From assembly GCF_009914755.1 (NCBI RefSeq), contig NC_060933.1: a stretch of DNA of 64,000 nt; one strand, written 5' to 3'. The notes under the pieces are model-generated. The model saw only the letters and a list, made by a program, of their open reading frames with translations. It did no database searches and was not told the origin of the DNA. The position numbers and the translations under genes were made by a program. Positions within the stretch are counted from its first letter, which is position 1. Each line of letters starts with the position of its first letter. The stretch comes from the human T2T-CHM13v2.0 reference genome, Homo sapiens. Of this stretch, positions 28,999 to 43,106 are shown piece by piece.

Positions 28999-31900
28999 TT
29001 AAAAAAATGTGAAACGAATGAAAATGGAAAAACATCATACCAAAATCGATAGGATACTGCAAAAGAAGTTTTATAGTTCTAAGGAAGAAGTTTATAGTAA
29101 TAAATGACTGCCTCAAAAAAGTAGAAAGATCTCAAATTTAGAATCTAAAATTACACCTCAGGGAACTAGGAAACCCAGAATAACCTAAACCAAAATAAGT
29201 AGAAGAAATAATAAAGACCAGAGCAGACATAAATAAAATAGAGACAAAAAAAAAAACCCGCTACAAAAGATCAATAAAAGAAAAAGCTGATATTTTGAGA
29301 AGATAAACAAAATTGGCAAAGCTTTAGTTAGATTAACTAAAAAAGAGAGAGAGAGATGACTCAAGTTAAGTCAGATTAAAAAAAGAGACATAATAACTGA
29401 AACCACAGAAATACAAAGGACCGTACGAGACTATTGTAATAAACTATATGCCAAAAAATTGCAAAACATAGAAGAAATGAATAAATTCCTGGGCACATGC
29501 AATTTACCAATATTGAATCATTAAGAAATCCCAAACCTAAACAGACCAATAATGAGTAACAAGATCAAAGCATTTATAAGGTCTCCTACCAAAGAAAAGC
29601 CCAGGACTTGACAACTTCACTGATGAATTCTACCAAATATTTAAAGAACCAAAACCAATTCTACTCAAACTATTTCAAAAAAAGTGATGAGATGAGAATA
29701 TTTCCAAACTAATTCTACAAGGCCGGCAAGTACACAACAACAAAATGACTACAGGCCAATATTCGTCATAAACATAGATGCAAAAATCTTCAACAAAATA
29801 CTAGCAAACTAAATTTAATAATACATTAAAAGATCATTTACCATAATCAAGAGGGTTTTATTCCAGGGATGTAAGTGTGGTTCAACATATTCAAATTAAT
29901 GTGACACATGACATTAACAGAATCGAGGACAACAACCATGTGATTATTTTAATAGATGCTGAAAAAGGGTTTGATAAAATTTAACATCCTTTCATGATAA
30001 AAACTCTCAACAAATTAGGTATAGAAGGAGCATACCTTAATACAGTAAAACCCATATACGACAAACCCACAGCTCATATCATTCTGAATGGGGAAAACTT
30101 AAAAGATTTTTCTCTAAGATCTGAAACAAGATACCAATTTTACCCCTTTTATTTGAAGTTCTAGACAGAGAAATCAGACAACAGAAAGAAATAAAGGTCA
30201 TTCAAATTAGAAAGGAGATGTCAAATTTTCCCTCTTTGCAAACAACATGATCATATATGCAGAAAACCCTAAAGACTCTATCAAAAACTGTTAGAAGTAA
30301 CACATATACTTAGTAAAGTGGCAGGATACAAAATCAACAGACAAAAATAAGTATCATCTGTGTATGCCAATAGCGATTCATCTAAAAAAATAAATCATGA
30401 AAGCAATAGCAACAAATGAAATGAAACAAAATAAAAAGGGAAAAACTTAAGGAGTTGAATGATCGCTACAATGTAAACTATAAAACACTAATGAAGGAAA
30501 ATGAAGAAAACACAAATAAATGGGAAGATACCCAGTGTTCATAGATTTAAAGAATTAGTATTCTTCAAATGTTCATATTACCCCAAATAGCATACATTCA
30601 ATATAATATTCATCAAAATACCAATGGCATCTTTCACAGAAATAGAAAAACAATCATAAGCTTTGTATAGAAATGCAAAAGATCCTGGATAGCTAAAGAA
30701 ATCTTGAACAAAAAGAACAAATCTGGAGGCATTACACTATCTGACTTCAAGACACACTACAAAGCTACAGTATCAAAAGTAGTATGCTGCTAGCATAAAA
30801 CAGACACATAGCCATTGAAACGAAGACAAACAAACCTAGAAATAAATGCATGTACTTACAGCCAACCTATTTTTGAAAAACGCACTAGGAAAACGCATTG
30901 GGGAATGGTCAGTCTCTTCAATAAATAGTGCTGGGAAAACTGGATATTCTACAGGCAGAGGGAATGCAACTACACTCCCTACTTCTCACCATAAAGAAAA
31001 ATCAACTCTAAATCCATTGAAGACTTAAAAAAAAAGACCCAAAACTATGAAACCCAAAACTATGAAATTACTAGAAGAAAACAGAGAAAAAAATTCACAA
31101 ACCTGGACTGAACAATGATTTTTTGTTTAAGACCTCAAAATCACAGGCAAGAAAAGCAAAAATAGACAAATGGGATTGCATCAAATTAAAAAGCTTCTGC
31201 AAGATAAATGAAACAATCAATAAAGTAGAAACAACCTACAGAAGTTAAAAAGTATATATCTTACAAGGGGTTCATATCCAAGATACATAAGAAACTCAAA
31301 CAAGTTAATAAAATAAAATGAAATAGTTTGATATAAACATGGGCAAAGTACCTAAATAGACATTTCTTAATACATACAAATGGCAAACAGGTATATGAAA
31401 AAACTGCTCTTGCAAATCAAAATGACAATGAGATATCACCTCACCACAGTTATAACGGCTATCATTAAAACAACAAAACCTACCAAATGCTGGTGAGAAT
31501 GTGGATGAAGGGCACATTGTTGGTAGAAATGTAGATTACTATAGCCATTACATACAACAGTATGGAGGTTCCTCAAAAAAGTAAAAATAGAACCATCATA
31601 CAATACAGCAATTCCATTACTGAGCAAATAGCCAAATAAAATAAAATAAGTATGTCAAAGACATATCTGCACTTCCATGTCTATTGCACCTTTTTACTGT
31701 GTTATCATAAAAAAGACTCAGTAAACACAAATTATAAACTATAAAACACTTACATATATACACATATACATTTAAAAACTAGAATATTTATGCTTGAAGA
31801 CATAGTTACTAAGCTCAAAACAACCACAAAATACTTCTGTGTTATTGTAGTGTTGAAGCTGGATAGACATTGGCAATATCTTAAGATATCATAAAAATTA

Positions 31901-32290
31901 TATATATGAGGCAGATATATTTCCATTAAGCCTCAAATACTAATACTATTTGCCATAAAACACAGTGAAATCTCATCTTGTTATAATAACATGCGTGAAC
32001 CTGGATGACATTTTGCCAAGAGAAATAAGCCAGGCACAGAAATATAAACTCTGAATGATGTCACTCATTTGTGGAATCTAACACAAGATGATCTCACAGA
32101 AGTGAGGAGTAGAATAATGGTTACCAGAGGCTGGGGAGAATAGCGAAAGGGAGATATGGGAGAAGTTGGTCAATAGGTACAAAATTAGACATGAAAATAA
32201 GTTATGGTGTTCTATTACACAGCGGGGTGACTATAGCAAATAATACTGTATTACGTATTTTAAGGTAGTTAGAAGAAAATATTTGAATGT

Positions 32291-32714
32291 TGGTGTGGTT
32301 TGGATCTGTGCCTCCACTGAAGCTCATGTTGAATTGTAATCCCCAGTGTTATAGGTGGGGTTTGGCGGGAGGTAACTGGACATGGGAGTGGATTTCTCAG
32401 ATAGTTTAGCACTATCCCCTTGGTGCTGGTCTCATGATAGCGAGTGAATTCTCGTGAGATCTGATTGTTTTAAAGTGTGTAGTACCCACACCCCCACGAC
32501 CTGTTGCTCCTGCTCTGGCCATGTGACATGCCTGCTCCCACTTTGCCTTCCACCATGACTTCAAGTTTTCTGAGGACTACTCAGAATCCAAACAGATTCC
32601 AGTATCATGCTTCCTGTACAGCCTGCAGAACTGTGTGCCAATTAAACCTCTTTTCTCTATAAATTACTCAGTCTCAGGTATTTCTTTATAGCAACACAAG
32701 CATGGACTAATACA
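32291..32714 (+). mobile_element. MSTA/MSTB-type solo LTR, 5-bp TSD AATGT
   Basis: tggtgtggtttggatctgtg ... ggactaataca; aatgt at 32286-32290 and 32715-32719. Confidence 0.9.
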
Positions 32715-33554
32715 AATGTGATCACCACAAATAATAAATGTTTAAAGTGACGAACGTGCTAATTACCGTGGTTTGATTATTATACAATATATACATGCAT
32801 TGAAAACCCACAACTGTACCCCATACATATGTACAATTATTACATGTCAATTATAAATAAAACTTTTGGAAATGATACAAAGTATTATACTGTGTAAAAT
32901 GTCTTAGAATGCATTTAATAAGGTGATTTCTACATTTATATACCCTTTTTATTGTCTGAAATCTTTTGTGAAACAGAGGGAGATAAATTGATGATACATG
33001 AATAGAAAGACAGATTAATAAGTAGATATACAAATCATACATATAGACACATTATATATGCACATGCTACATAAATATGTGAAACACAGATTCACTGAAA
33101 TTATTACAAGCTTGAAGAATCTACAATTATACATATTGATTTTAAGGATGAAATTATAAGCCATGTTTCTGAGTTAATAACGTATTGCAAATTCTTAGGA
33201 AATATATCTTGTTCAAGGACAACCTCCCCTAACCTTTACATTGTTATTATAGAAAAAATGAGTTAATGTATACAAATAACTGTATAATCTTTAAAACACT
33301 AAAAATGTGTATATATACACATTTATAAAGTAGAATATTTATGTTTGAAGACATGATTTCTAAGCTTAAAAACAACCACAAAAACATTAATATATGGTTA
33401 TAGTGCTGATGCTGGATAGACATTAGCAATATCTAAAGATATTATATATATATTTATATGGCTGATATATATAAATATATGGCTAGTATATTTTGATATA
33501 TTTCTATTAATCCTCATATTCTATAGTAGACTTTTAGTCTTAATATTTGATATG

Positions 33555-34157
33555 TTGTAGGCAAAATTTTAAGGCTCCCAACAACTTCAGAGTGTGGGCA
33601 GAATTTGTGAATAACAGGAGATAGCATTCCCATTATATGCTACATTATGAAGTACAATTGATCCTTAAGTTAAATACATTATCTAGGTTGCTTGAATCTA
33701 AGCATTTGAGCCCTTTAGGAAACAAAGGTTTTCCTCAACTGATAGTGGTTAGGAAGGCTGAAAAAAGATAAGACTGATTTAACTATGAGGACTCCATGAA
33801 ATATTTCAGGTTTGAAGATGTAGGGGGATGTATTTGAGAAGGAACTTAGGCAGTTTCTAAGCACAGAAAGCAGCTCATAGCTGACAGCAAGGAAGAAAAC
33901 AGAGATATCAGAATTACTGCCACAAGGACTTAAATTCCACCAGCTGAAATGTGCTTAGGCACTGATTCTTTCTTTGAGTCTCCAGGTAAGACACAGTTCA
34001 GCTGACAATTTGATTTCAGTCTTGTGAGACCCTAAGCAGAGGACCTAGTTAAACCTGCCTAAGCTTTTGAATTATAAAATTATGAGATAAAAATTGAGTA
34101 TTGTTTTATGTCTTCAATTTGTAATAATTTGCTATGTAGCAATAGAAGACTGACACA
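33555..34157 (+). mobile_element. MLT1-type MaLR LTR ~1 kb upstream of the CYLC2 start
   Basis: tgtaggcaaaatt ... aatttgctatgtagcaatagaagactgacaca termini. Confidence 0.65.
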
Positions 34158-35099
34158 TGCTCATTATAAAAATATCATTGGCTAAGATATTACTAGATCA
34201 TACACATTTAATTAAGAATGACAATAAGAGATTAATTAAAGAGATGATAATGCAGAAGGCAAGTATTGCCTGTTGCCCAGTCATTATTTAGATTTTAATG
34301 TATGATGATAGAGTCAATGCATTAGAGATTAATATTTTCAAAAGCCACTATAGACTATAAAATGCTCAACAAAATATTATAGAATTAGACATTATACTTT
34401 ACTTATTAAACTATCACTTTTCAGGAAAACTTCAGTAGATATTCTCATTAAGTCAGATAGTGAAGTAATCAGATCACAGAAATCTAAATTATGGAAAGGC
34501 TCCCATCCCAGCTCCAATGCCTCTATAATTTATCATTGTGTAAGATCAGCTAGAAACTTTGAGTCAAACTACTAATATTTCTGTAGTTTACCCCTTATAG
34601 AAGCTTATATTTAATAAAATTATTTCTTAAGACAAAAAATAGCTAAGATATTTTAAAAAGAGCTAAATAAGAGCAACATGTTTAAATGCCTCTCTATATA
34701 GTACTAGTATTCATTTATTAGTGGGGTAAGATTATGAGTTTAATAAAAATGTACTAACTCATATTTATAAGTTTAAAAAGCATATAGCTTTGTTTAAAAT
34801 ATTCTATGTATGAGAAAACAATACGTTTAAGATGAGAGAAAGACATGTAAAGTTATGCATTGATTTAACAAAAGTTACAGGAATGAAAGGGAATTTAGGA
34901 TTACAGCTGATCCTCACAGATAAATGTTTAGACTTACCTTTTTTCCATATCAGTCAATAAATTACAATTACATGAAAAAAATAAAACAAATATTTTATTA
35001 AAGTGTAAAATCAATTGATTACTTTTAAAACTCCTAGCTAGATTTAGTCAGTAATAAGTGAAAGTAAATATTAATCTTAGAATTTTAGAGAACATAAAA

Positions 35100-35227
35100 A
35101 CACAAGTGACTCCTTTTGTTTTGCCCCTTTAATTCCAAGTGCTCTTGGCTTCTTTATGATGTCACCTTTCAACATCACCAGTTTGAACTTACAATACTTA
35201 AGTCCTGGCAAGTCATAAGTGGGGAAA
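35100..35227 (+). promoter_or_regulatory. CYLC2: CYLC2 proximal promoter/5' UTR with CRE-like site TGATGTCA (35157-35164)
   Basis: Directly upstream of the ATG, no CpG island; 7/8 match to the CRE palindrome TGACGTCA. The TSS cannot be fixed from sequence alone. Confidence 0.45.
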
Positions 35228-35244
35228 ATGTCTCTCCCAAGATT
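35228..35244 (+). CDS. CYLC2: Cylicin-2 coding exon 1 (M-S-L-P-R-F, phase 2 donor)
   Basis: gaaaATG TCT CTC CCA AGA TT|gtaagt: A at -3 and a consensus donor at 35245. Matches the recognised cylicin N-terminus MSLPR and splices in frame to exon 2. Confidence 0.95.
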
Positions 35245-36976
35245 GTAAGTCAAATTTTATGTTTTAAAATAACTGAAATACTCGTTAGCTTTACATTTAA
35301 CTTCTTTAGTATGAAGAGATGTTTATTATATTATTATGATGCCATTCATAAGCAAAAGATAATGTGTTTAAGCAGACAAAGATTCTCAAGCAACATAATA
35401 GATTTTTTTGATTTAAGACATAGCTAGTGCATGCATTTCAGTAAAATAGATACCTGGCTTTGGATAAGTCTTTTTTGTTTGTTTTTTTACTGCTAGTCTT
35501 ACTTGATTTTTTTATCACATTGCATTTTGAGTAATATAAAATAAAATAATTCATGATTTTCAGTCAGGGAACCACCTTGGAAATTTCTGTGAATATTTTT
35601 TGTGTATGTAATAGTGACTGAGGAGTGTGACTGAATTTTAGAGGAGGCATTATATCGCAGTGTTAACCTTTAGTAAAAAGTGGGGCAGCTCTATCCAAAT
35701 GTGACCAACTGAATACTAATGGTATCCCTCTTGCAAAATATTGAGTATGTGGAAGTACTTTGTAATGTAAAGCATATAATCCAGACATGAGAAGTTATAT
35801 GACAGTAGTTTACTTATGCTTAATTTATTCTGTGTCAAAATAAGGTAGGTAAAGAGCACGTTTCAATTCTGTAAACCCTTTTACAGAGGACATGCAACAA
35901 AGGTGAAGGAATGGAGTTTTGTAATATAAAGTATGGGTGGGCCTTAATTTAGCAGTATTGTTAAAGGAAAGATAAAACATGAATATTAAAAATAAAATAG
36001 GCTTTCCATAGATACTGGTGCCCATTTTGTTATAAAACAATCATTAAAGTATAATTTTTGGTAAAGGTTTAAATGCATTTGTCATGATTACTTTAGAAGC
36101 TGAGTAAATTGATGCCTACTATGCAAAAATCTATGTTCTGGCACCTAACATGGCAGAATTACACTGTATTTTAATTACTTTCAAATATATAAGCACTGTA
36201 AAATATCGATGGTATTATTGTTATCATGAGCATCAAATAGCTTTCAGAGAACTTGACCACAATGGTTAGAAACCTCTTTTTGGTCTTATGGCTATTTTTT
36301 ATGGTGTTATTCTAGTGTAATCCCAAAACATTCTGGTTTTTGTAGGAGGAAACTGATAGAAATCATAATCAAATGGCCTCACCATTAGCCAGAAAAGCAT
36401 ACATAAAAATTCTTAATAACAAATTAGCATATTTCTTTGAGTTCAAGTGACAGCTCCCAATTCATTGAACACGCAAAATTTAAGATGCAGAAAATTAATT
36501 TTCGACTCCATTTGTCTTTTCACTGAATTCTTCTAAGGATGGCAGAGCCTTAGTTTTGGACTTAACATTTCTGTGCCTATGGCTATCAACTTGTATGTGA
36601 TAAAGAAAATTTTTCTGTTTGAACTCAGTTTTTCCTTTCCCACTTATTCCTTCTCTAATACCTTTGCTCTATCCAAACCTCAACTATACCATTTAATAGT
36701 TTCATCACTTCTGGCCTTGGCCTCAAATTTAGGTTGTGTTAGTCAACTCAGCCCATTTATAATGTTGAATAGAACTAAGATTTCTGAAACAGGTAGAAGA
36801 GGTTATCACAAAAATTTGGTGTGAGATAGGGTATCTAAATATATGAACATTTAAAATTCCAATATTAGCTTCCCAATCTCGTATCTAATGTATATTTTAT
36901 GTTTTTCTCTCTATTGAGTAGCATTACTAAAGTCGTCTCTTACTATCCTGGTCTAGGGATTCACCTTGATGTAGAC

Positions 36977-37256
36977 AAGGTTTTATAAATCCTGGCACCA
37001 CTCACATCATAGTCTAGAAAACTTTTTGTTGGAATAGAGGATTAGTAGGTGCTGGGGGTAGGGGAGATCCAGCATTCTGTCCATTGTAAGATGCATTATA
37101 ATATTTTTAACAGTATCCCTGGTCTCTACCAACTAGATGCTAGTATCATCACACGCACATACACATAGACAATTGTGACAAGGAAAATGTCTTCAGACAT
37201 TGCAAAATGTTCTCTGGGCGAGGAGTTCGAAATAAATCCATGCTAAGAAACACTGC
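36977..37256. mobile_element. MER20-like hAT DNA transposon (intron 1)
   Basis: atccctggtctctaccaactagatgc ... ttgtgacaaggaaaatgtcttcagacattgcaaaatgt. Confidence 0.75.
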
Positions 37257-38559
37257 TTCAGAAAATGCTAGAGAAAGACAGAGAATCTTACTACACACAG
37301 AGCCATTCCTCAGCAAGACAGTAATCCTGGGGCAGTTGACCTTGCCTTTACACAGAGACTCCTCTAGCAAATACAAGAAGAGAAGCTCAGGCTGCAGTCA
37401 GTTCCTAGAAATCTTTCTACCATGTCTTTTATGGTCTTCTTTTCCCTGCAGCTGATGCAGATTCCAAAAATCTAGTCTACTAGCAAGATATCTGGCAATA
37501 TGCATACAATCAGGAGGTCTATGAACAACTCACATGTAACTTGGGAAGATATATCATTTAAATCCTTTGACTTTGAATCCACTATATATTTTTAAAACAC
37601 ATCTAAGCAGAGATACAGTTACAGGCAAGAGGAAAGATGGGTGGATTTTGTATTTAGATTAAAATATAACCCAGACTAAAAGGAAAAATAATCAGAAAAA
37701 CAAACTTGGTTAAAGGTTTACCCCTGAAAAAAATTTTTTATGGTGATAGAATAGAAATAGATTTTTCTCTTAAGAAATAAAGTCCCCCATGTCTCTTGCT
37801 TCTCTACTTTTTATTTCAGAAAACTTAATCCTAGTTTTCTTTTCAAAGTTTCAAATACATTATATTCTACATTGTTGACAATGGGAAACCTTTACCTCAG
37901 AACATGCACAGTTACTGAAAATGATTTTGAAGTGACTGAATATATAAGCTTGAAGTGAAGGTGGAATTTTAGCTTCTACATGCCATTTAATCTTGGTAAA
38001 TATGAGGCCTTAATTACTGTGTTTCCTTATATATAACCAGACACTTTAATTTAATTTAAGCATTAGTCCTATTAAAAAACAACAACAACCTTTTGACTTA
38101 ATAATCATTTTTCCCTCTTCTTAGGTTAAGTCATTAAATTAGATCTTATGGATTTAATTTAAAATTGTGAAAATACATTTACATTCATATAAATATATCT
38201 CAAAATAAAAATAAGGGATATACTAAGTTTATTTTCAATAAGACAGTTTGTAAGTTTCTTTAATAAGAATGTCAAAAATTGAATGCAAATGCACCCTGAC
38301 CTAGATAATTACTTGACTGTACCAGAGAGGAAAGGAAAGAGATGCTCTCACCAGCAGAGCCAGACTTAAAGAGTGGGAAAGTGCTATCAAATCCAAAAGA
38401 TCAAATTGCTTTAATTGCTTATCACACACATTTGCATAGTCAGTAGGGGCAAGGGTATTTGGTTTATTGCTGTTTGGGTTCCTATAAATGATTCTTACTA
38501 AAAATGCAAGAGGTTAAAATGTATTGAACTGTCACTAACTCTAATCTCATAAACACTAA

Positions 38560-40150
38560 GAAATACATAGAAAACTTTGATCACACAAAAAAGATACATT
38601 ATGACAGATTCCAGTCAATCCAACTTGCTTTTCTCCAACCAATGACTGTTCAGTTACCCTATAGAGTCTTCCTTATTTTTGAAGTGAATACAATAAAATT
38701 ATATTGTGTATGTGCTAGTATTTCTGGACTTTTTCTTTCAATATAATATTCCTTTGTATTCATTAAAGTTTCTATATTGCACATATAAGTAATTTATTCC
38801 TTTCGATTGCTAAGAAGTATTCCATTACATTTACATAGCACACTTAGTTTATCCATTCCTTTGTTGATGGACACTTGAGTTGCTTTTAGTTTGAGGTTAT
38901 TGTGAATAAAATTGCTATGAACATTTTTGTCTAAGTCTTTCTGTGGACTTTTGTTTTCTTCCTTTTCTTTATTTCCTAGAGGAAAAGTTTTAATTCACTT
39001 ATGCAGCTTTTATATGTATTTTAATAACTTGTTTCTGTATAATTTGCTTTTGTGCTATTTCAAGTTTTAATTAATTTTCCTAAATTTTTATCTTCTAATT
39101 TTGCTGGTATATAGAAATATACTTCATTTAAACTATTTATCATATAATCATTAAACTAGTATAATTCATTAAACTCTGTATCATATAAACTTATTACATT
39201 TGATTGGCAGCTTTAACAGTTATTATTATAGATGTCACTGGATATCATATTTACCCAACTGTATCCTCTACAAATAAAGACAATTTTACTTCTTCCTTTT
39301 CAATCTTAGTGCTTTTATTGCTTTATGAAACAAAATAGGATCTGGATTTAAATGCTGAATAGATACAGTAGGTTTATCTTTGCCTTGTTTCTGATTTTTA
39401 AGGAAAGACAGTCAATATTCCTCCAATAAGTTTAATTTTAAAAACAGGCATTATCTAGATGTATTCTATCAATCTGTGGGCTATGTTCTCTATTGCTGGT
39501 TTTCTCTGACTTTTTAATTACGAATGCATATTACTTTCTTTCAAAAATTATTCTGCATATACTGAAATGATCAGATGATTTTTCTTATTTATTTTGTCAA
39601 TTGGAATGATTGCATTGGTTGATTTTAGGTCAAACCAACCTCATATTCTGGAAAGTAAACCAGATGATCATGATGTATTAGCAATTTTATATGTTTGTCA
39701 GTATGATTTTTTAAATTTTAAGAAATTATGTGTCTATAATAATGTGGGATATTCATCTGTAATATGCATTTTTAGAATTGACCTCAAAAGGATTTGGGTT
39801 ATTTATATTAGCCTTGAAAATGAGTTGAAACATACTTACTCCTCCTCTACTTCTTTTCTTATATTGTTTTCCTATTTTCAATGGAGAGATGTAAAACATT
39901 GATTTTAAACATTTTTTATAATATAAAATATTAAAACTGTAAGTTATTCTCTATGAACTTTTAAGCAGTATTCTATCATTTTCATAATTATCTTATTGTT
40001 CAGTTGCTTCTTTTTAAATAGGTTTTCATTGTGATCTCTTTTGGACCACTGGTTCTTTAAAAGGAGCTGTTTAATTTTCAAATATTTATATATTGTCTAG
40101 ATAATTTTATTATTGATTTCAAATTCAATTGCTGGGTGATTAAATAATAT
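38560..40150 (-). mobile_element. Ancient L1M (L1ME/MC-like) fragments (intron 1)
   Basis: tttatccattcctttgttgatggacacttgagttgc ... gctatgaacatt and other degenerate antisense L1 motifs. Confidence 0.6.
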
Positions 40151-41098
40151 GTCCTAGCAATTATAGAAGAAATTAACAGATCATTCTATTTTGAAAATCT
40201 ATTTTGAAAATATCAAGTTTAATAGTGTTTCATGAACTTAAAATCTTTCCTCTTCGAGAGCATTTGGAATAATGCAGTTCATAATCATTGTTGGGTATCA
40301 ACATTTCTTCTGTAGTATATAAATGTACTTTGACTGGATCTGAATTTAGAGATTCAGATATGATGGGGCAAGTAATTTTGGTGCATGTACTCAGTTTAAG
40401 AAAATGATAGGCTGGATAACTTATTGGTGAAAACATATTAAATATTATTCAGCTAATACAAATTTTTATAGCACGAAAAAATGTGCCACGTTTTATGCTG
40501 CTAGCTTCATTCTTTAGTCAAGGTATCAAGATACTGCTTTTCTATGCTTAAACCTTAAGTTTTACACACTGTCAAATAAACACCACGTGTGTGTTTGTGT
40601 ATGAGCACAAAAGCCTCAAACTCACTCATGACCAACGATGGCTCTATATCCAAAATATAATGAAACAATGTAAAATAATATTTCTCTAATAGATCTTAGG
40701 ATTGGTCTCCATCACCAATAAATAAAAATTAGATCGTAAAACACTCCTTCGTGGGAACAAACATGTTAAGATAGTAATAAAACAAATGGGAACCTACAAA
40801 TGGAAAACAATTTGCAATATAGTTTCTTTTTCAGATTTTCTTTAAAAAGTAATGAAATTCCTTACAAATTTTTGTGGTCCACACTGACATATACACATGC
40901 ACACACAAATTCACAGGTGCACATATAGGCCATTTAATAATTTGGATTTGGTGGAGTTTTTTGAGACTATTTTGAGGATATGCTTTTACATAAGCGTAGA
41001 GTTTACAAAGTGATACCTTGTTTCAAATTCAATTAAGAGAGAATTTGGAGCATGAACTGGGAAAAATAATTCAACTGTGTTTTTGTAATTTTTTTAAA

Positions 41099-41172
41099 TG
41101 TATATTTTCAGATGTGCAATTTGCTTATACACACACATACATATAAACAAATTGCACATCTGAAAATATACA
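41099..41172. repeat. Inverted repeat: 31-bp arms, one mismatch, 12-nt spacer
   Basis: tgtatattttcagatgtgcaatttgcttata / tataaacaaattgcacatctgaaaatataca. Confidence 0.95.
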
Positions 41173-41423
41173 CACATATATGTGATACATGTATGTATAT
41201 ATAGTTTGTTTGATCGACCATTATTTAGTACTGTTGTAATTTGAAAACACATTTGCTCATCTCTATTATCCTGGAGATGAAGTAATCTTATATAACAAAA
41301 GATATCTGAGATTGTGAAATATTTCTCTAGTTGTTGGTTGCAGGTACTGGAGTAAAATAATGACAGTTTAAAACAGTGATTTTTATATAAATTAACTAAA
41401 ACCTTTCTTTTTTGTTTTAATAG

Positions 41424-41464
41424 CCAAAGAGTAAACTTTGGGCCATATGATAATTACATTCCAG
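41424..41464 (+). CDS. CYLC2: Cylicin-2 coding exon 2 (QRVNFGPYDNYIP)
   Basis: Polypyrimidine tract, then tag|C CAA AGA GTA AAC TTT GGG CCA TAT GAT AAT TAC ATT CCA G|gtaaga; 41 nt, phases compatible with exons 1 and 3. Confidence 0.96.
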
Positions 41465-42203
41465 GTAAGAAAGCACTCAATATTTATTACAAAACAGGTG
41501 TGCTTAATTTTATGGTAAGTATTATCCTCTATTCAAAGTGATAAAGCAAACATTGCCATGGAATAAAATTGATAATTAACTATTTCCCAAGGAACCTTTC
41601 TTACAGGCCCAGTGAACACCTTTAATATATGTTTTGCTTTGTTTTGAATCCAAGGAAGTTTAAGTAAACATGCTCAGTACATGAAAGCCGGAAATAGTTA
41701 CATGTTAGAAGTCATACAATCAGATAATCTTACAGTTGAAAAGCAATGTAGAAATTGGATAAATAACTTCTTGTTTATGTCAGGAATTTCTTCTACAACA
41801 TTCCTGATAGATTATAACCAGCTTATAATTGGCCCCAAATTTCTTTACTAGACAAGGCAAAGGTATTTGATTTTGAAGAACTTCAAATATCAAGTATTTT
41901 CCCCTCAGATACTGAGCCTAAATATAATTTTTTTCTGTACATTTTTCCCATTGTTCCTATTTTCTTTAGAAAACTCATAGGAAATGTCTATTATTTCCAC
42001 ACATTAATGCTGCATGTGTCTAAATACAAAGATGAAATCTCTCATTGGCCTCATTGGCAACTTAAATAACTTTAATCATTTGTATTATAGTTTTCAGATG
42101 ACTTCACCTACCCAGTCACCATTCTGTAGGCTTTTTGTCATTTTCCTTTACAAAATATGTCACCTATAACGATACCATTCTTGGGTGTATAGCATTTGCC
42201 CCC

Positions 42204-42494
42204 TTTTTTTTTTTTTTTTTTTTTTTGAGACAGAGTCTTGCTCTGTCGCTCAAGCTGGAGTGCAGTGGCATGATCTGGGCTCACTGCAAGCTCTGCCTCC
42301 TGGGTTCACACCATTCTCCTGCCTCAGCCTCCTGAGTAGCTGAGACTACAGGCGCCTGCCACCACACCTGGTTTTTAGTAGAGACGGGGTTTCACCGTGT
42401 TAGCCAGGATGGTCTCAATCTCCTGACCTCGTGATCAGCCCACCTCGGCTTCCCAAAGTGCTGGGATTACAGGCGTGAGCCACCGCGCCTGGCT
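42204..42494 (-). mobile_element. AluY-like element lacking most of the central A-rich linker (intron 2)
   Basis: cactgcaagctc ... ttcaccgtgttagccaggatggtctc; ...cacctggtttttagtagagac shows the linker deletion. Confidence 0.9.
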
Positions 42495-42984
42495 GCATTT
42501 ACTCTTGTAGCTTGGAAAGTTGTTACTAACTAAGGGGATCTTAAGTCTTAGCACTTAGATTAAATCATGTATTTACTGAATATTTATGCTGGCATTGTGC
42601 TAAGTACTATGGGAGCTACAGAAGTAGTTATTTTCTGTTATAATAAAATTGTATACTAACCAAAAGCATAAAGCAAAAACCTAGACTGGAAGAGATAGAT
42701 TTAAAAGGAAGCAGTAAAACTGAGTCTTTCCATTTATATTATAGTTATGCTAGTTTTGCAATGACTACTTTATACAGTCATCTGTAAAACTGCTCAAAAT
42801 AGAAAAATCAATTTTTATTTTCTCATATTGATAACAGAAAATTGCAAACATTACCAAATAAATGAAGTCATAATTTGAATCACTTGTTTATTCATTTACA
42901 TGATATACGTTGCACGTAATGCCATTTCAGCTCTGATGGAATTCTATTCACTCCAAAATGTGTTTTTTGTCTCCCTTATTTTAG

Positions 42985-43106
42985 TCAGTGAATTAAGCAA
43001 AAAATCATGGAATCAGCAACACTTTGCCCTGTTATTTCCCAAACCACAACGGCCAGGAACCAAAAGGAGATCAAAACCTTCTCAAATACGGGACAACACG
43101 GTTTCT
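42985..43106 (+). CDS. CYLC2: Cylicin-2 coding exon 3 ([41 protein letters not shown]), cylicin N-terminal region
   Basis: ccttattttag|TC AGT GAA ... GTT TCT|gtaagc; 122 nt; contained in track ORF 42900..43130; SWNQ.HFAL.FPKP is characteristic of cylicins. Confidence 0.97.
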
